Origin: Myxococcota bacterium
GTDB lineage: Bacteria; Myxococcota_A; Polyangia; Polyangiales; Sandaracinaceae
Length of the DNA stretch: 35,340 bases
Reading direction: 5' to 3'
NCBI GenBank assembly: GCA_036149055.1
Contig: JAYZQJ010000252.1
Span: forward strand, 1-35,340
Positions 32,479-35,340 of the stretch are shown here, piece after piece. Position 1 is the first letter of the stretch; each line of letters begins with the position of its first letter. A program made the position numbers and the translations under genes. Under the pieces are notes generated by a model. It searched no databases, was not told the DNA's origin, and was given only the letters and a program-made list of their open reading frames with translations.

Positions 32479-32970
32479 CTACGGGCAGAAGACGTCGCAG
32501 ACGGCCGGATCCGCGCAGCTCGGCACGAAGCCCAGGCTCGCGTCGGCGCGGCGGCCCTCGCCGTCCTCGACCGAGACCACGAAGCGGTGCGGGCGGTCGA
32601 CCACCTCCCGGCCGTCGAGCCCGGGGCAGAGCACCATCGCGCGGGGCGCGTCGAGCTCGAAGCCGTCCTCGGTGTCCACCCACGCGATCGGCCCGCGACC
32701 GAGCTGCACGAGCTCGCCGGCCTCGTCGGTGACCCGCCGGTCGAGGGTGGCGGTGTCCGGACAGATGCCGCGGATGCGGGCGTGCAGCCAGACGTGCATG
32801 CCCCCCTGCGTGCCGGGCACGAGGGCCCGGGCGGCGCCGTCGGCGAACGCCTCGAAGCGGTCGCCCGCCTCGGGGGCGCCGCCGATCTCGAGCGACGGCT
32901 CGCCCTCGAGGTCGGCGCAGCGATCCGCGCAGCCGACGAGGAGGGCCGAGAGCAGCAGGAGGGCGCGCAT
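32479..32970 (-). CDS. Hypothetical lipoprotein
   Basis: Lipobox LLVGC; GTQGGMHVW motif; several Cys. Confidence 0.7.
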   Translation of the reverse strand: MRALLLLSALLVGCADRCADLEGEPSLEIGGAPEAGDRFEAFADGAARALVPGTQGGMHVWLHARIRGICPDTATLDRRVTDEAGELVQLGRGPIAWVDTEDGFELDAPRAMVLCPGLDGREVVDRPHRFVVSVEDGEGRRADASLGFVPSCADPAVCDVFCP

Positions 32971-32991
32971 GCCCCGGTGGTACTCCGAACC

Positions 32992-34368
32992 CTACTCGGC
33001 GTCGACCGGGCCGAAGCTCGTGAGGTGGACCTCGCCGGAGTCGTTCTTGCGCCAGCTCTTGCGGGCGAGGAGCTCGCGGAGCGGCGCCTCCCAGAAGAAC
33101 TCGCTCTGACCGAAGGCGGGCTTGAGGTCGCCCATCCAGGTGGCGTTCGGATCGAAGCGCGCGAAGAACGGGCGGTTCACCCAGCTCGGGTCGCGCGCCT
33201 GGATCATCTTCAGCACGAAGACCTTCTCGCCCGCCACCTCGGCGACGCCGTCCACCAGGACCTTGCCCGGCGTGCAGCTCATGCTGGGCCCGCGCACCGT
33301 GCGGCCGAGCCCGGAGATGTGGCGGTAGGCGCCCTCGTAGATCTCCAGCGCGCGCGCGAGCGGCACCTCGAAGTACTGCTTCGGGCCGGTGTCGCGCTCG
33401 ACGAAGAAGTAGTACGGGATCGCGCCGAGTCGCAGCTGCATCCGCCACATGCGGTTCCAGACCTGCGGGTCGTCGTTGACGTGGCGGATCAGGGGAGCCT
33501 GCGTGCGCACCACCGCGCCCGCGCTCCGGCAGCGGCGCACCGCCTCCTCGGCGATCGGCGTCGAGAGCTCCTTCCAGTGGCTGTAGTGGCCCATGACCGC
33601 CACGCTCTTGCCCCGCTCCGCCACCTCCTCGAAGAGGCGCATCAGGTCGTCCGCGTCCTCGCCCTCGACGAAGCGGTGAGGCCAGTACGCGAGCGCCTTC
33701 GTGCCGATGCGCACGCTCTGCACGTGCTCGATGTCGAGCAGCGGCTCGACGTAGCGGCGGAAGACCTTGGTGCGCATCACCATCGGGTCGCCGCCGGTGA
33801 AGAGCACGCTGGTGACCTCGGGGTGCGCCCGCACGTACTCGGCGAGGCGCTCGGGCTCCTTGCTCGCGAACTTCAGGTCCTCGAGCCCGACGAACTGCGC
33901 CCAGCGGAAGCAGTAGGTGCAATACGTGTGGCAGGTCTGGCCCTGCGTCGGGAAGAAGAGCACCGTCTCGCGGTACTTGTGCTGCATCCCGGGGACCGGC
34001 TCGCCGCCGTCGTCGGGGACGTTGTGCGCGAGCTGCCCGGCCGGGTGCGGGTTCAGCCGCATCTGGATCGGGCGCGCGGCCTCGGCCAGCTCCTTCTTGG
34101 AGGCGCCGGCGCGCACCCGCTTCAGCATCGCGGCGAAGTCGTCCTCCGCGAGCATCCCGCGCTGCGGGAAGGTCAACCGGAACATCGGATCCTCGGGGAC
34201 CCGATCCCAGTCGATCAGCTCGTCGATCACGTACCGATTCACGCGGAAGGGGAGCACCGCCGCGACCGCTCGCATGGCGTCGCGTTCGATCTCGGACAGC
34301 CTGGCGAGCTGCGGGATCGCGTCCATGCGGTTGAAGTTGTAGATCTCGAGCTTCCGAGCGGCGTTCAT
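32992..34368 (-). CDS. KamA-family radical SAM aminomutase (lysine 2,3-aminomutase-like)
   Basis: GGAG RBS; HKYRETVL, CHTYCTYCFR (CxxxCxxC), FTGGDP, RIGTK, IPYY, PGK. Confidence 0.88.
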   Translation of the reverse strand: MNAARKLEIYNFNRMDAIPQLARLSEIERDAMRAVAAVLPFRVNRYVIDELIDWDRVPEDPMFRLTFPQRGMLAEDDFAAMLKRVRAGASKKELAEAARPIQMRLNPHPAGQLAHNVPDDGGEPVPGMQHKYRETVLFFPTQGQTCHTYCTYCFRWAQFVGLEDLKFASKEPERLAEYVRAHPEVTSVLFTGGDPMVMRTKVFRRYVEPLLDIEHVQSVRIGTKALAYWPHRFVEGEDADDLMRLFEEVAERGKSVAVMGHYSHWKELSTPIAEEAVRRCRSAGAVVRTQAPLIRHVNDDPQVWNRMWRMQLRLGAIPYYFFVERDTGPKQYFEVPLARALEIYEGAYRHISGLGRTVRGPSMSCTPGKVLVDGVAEVAGEKVFVLKMIQARDPSWVNRPFFARFDPNATWMGDLKPAFGQSEFFWEAPLRELLARKSWRKNDSGEVHLTSFGPVDAE

Positions 34369-34531
34369 CGACTCTCCGGTGAGGGGTTACACGTGCGCCT
34401 GCGGGCACGCGCGGAGGCGTCCCGAGGGGAGATGGGGGCGGGCCCGGTCGAGCGCCGAGGATGCCGAGATGGATGGCGATCACTGCGGGCCCGGGTGGGC
34501 GGACGACGGCGAGGCGCCGACGCGGTCCGTA

Positions 34532-34560
34532 ACCATAAATGGAGGGGCGGTGTGGATCAA
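34532..34560 (-). promoter_or_regulatory. Putative sigma70 promoter of the KamA-family gene
   Basis: Minus strand TTGATC-N17-TATGGT. Confidence 0.5.
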
Positions 34561-34623
34561 GCGCCGTACCAACCCGACGCAGTGCGCTCGAGCCGCTCGA
34601 AATCGTTGCGTTTCCGGCGGGGG

Positions 34624-35340
34624 CTACGGACGGAGGCGCTCGAGCTCGGCGGCCTCGTCGGCCCGGCCGAGGGCGCGATAGCAGGCGGCCAGCGTGTGGA
34701 GCGCGGCGCTCTGCCCGCGCGGATCGGCCTGGCCTCGCGACACGGCCAGCGCCGCCAGGCCGCCGCGGACGCCCCGCAGCGGCTCTCCGGCCCGGAGATC
34801 GAGCAGCGCCTCGGCGAGGAGAGAGCGCGCGCGGGCGGCGGGGTCGTCGCGCCCTCGCTCGCGCGCCTCGCGCAGGCTCGCTCGCGCCGCCTCGAGGTCG
34901 CCGCGGGCCAGCTCGGCGACCGCCCGGACGCGGCCCACCGCGCCGAGATCGCCGCCCTCGGCGATCGCGCGCCCGATCGCGCCCTCCAGGGACTCGAAGT
35001 CCCGCGCCCGGAGCGCCGAGACCGCCTCCTCGACGAAGGATCGGATCGGCGCGGGGGTCACGCTCGTGCGCTCCTCGACCAGCGGCTCGGCGGTCAGGGA
35101 GGCGTGCAGCAATCCAGGGGTCGTCCCCGTGCGGTCGTCGAACGCCTCGCCCCCTTCGTCCGGCACGAGCAGCGCGTCGAGGTCGTCGCCCTGGAGCAGC
35201 GCGTCGACCGCGTCGTCGAGCGCGGGGGCCTCGAGGCCGTCCAGCGCCAGCGCGTCCGGCGGGCTCGGCGAGGCCGCCTCGGGAGGCGGCGGCGGAGGCG
35301 GCGCCGCGCGGGTCGCGGGCGGGGGAGGGGGCGGAGGCGG
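34624..35340 (-). CDS. Hypothetical protein, 5'-truncated: Pro-rich linker then TPR-like C-terminus
   Basis: The frame stays open from 35166 to the window end (poly-Pro); C-terminal helices ALHTLAACYRALGRADEA. Confidence 0.65.
   Translation of the reverse strand, partial: PPPPPPPPATRAAPPPPPPPEAASPSPPDALALDGLEAPALDDAVDALLQGDDLDALLVPDEGGEAFDDRTGTTPGLLHASLTAEPLVEERTSVTPAPIRSFVEEAVSALRARDFESLEGAIGRAIAEGGDLGAVGRVRAVAELARGDLEAARASLREARERGRDDPAARARSLLAEALLDLRAGEPLRGVRGGLAALAVSRGQADPRGQSAALHTLAACYRALGRADEAAELERLRP

Noticed and set aside
34379..34681. 100-aa + strand ORF
   Set aside because: Atypical composition, no RBS, and it overlaps a predicted promoter and a gene end.

Overview
Very GC-rich bacterial chromosome segment, most consistent with a myxobacterium (Hanks-type Ser/Thr kinases, a Myxococcus-type Cys-rich repeat, giant TPR proteins, a sigma54 activator). 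It is densely coding, with 25 genes, and I see no rRNA/tRNA, CRISPR array or mobile element. Left to right: a PHP-domain lipoprotein; a divergent ClpA/C-like AAA+ ATPase; a + strand kinase/TPR/Cys-rich lipoprotein/solute-binding protein/kinase cluster; a translationally coupled - strand operon (two giant TPR proteins ending in degenerate M48-like domains, a degenerate phosphoesterase, nadD, DUF2520); hutH coupled to an AAC(3)-family acetyltransferase; sodB divergent from a ScfR/RamB-type regulator; an NtrC-type activator; a DUF99 gene coupled to an apparent bacterial homolog of the eukaryotic histidine methyltransferase METTL9 (DREV); a lipoprotein; a KamA radical-SAM aminomutase; and a truncated gene at the right edge. 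All family calls come from motif recognition by eye; no searches were run.
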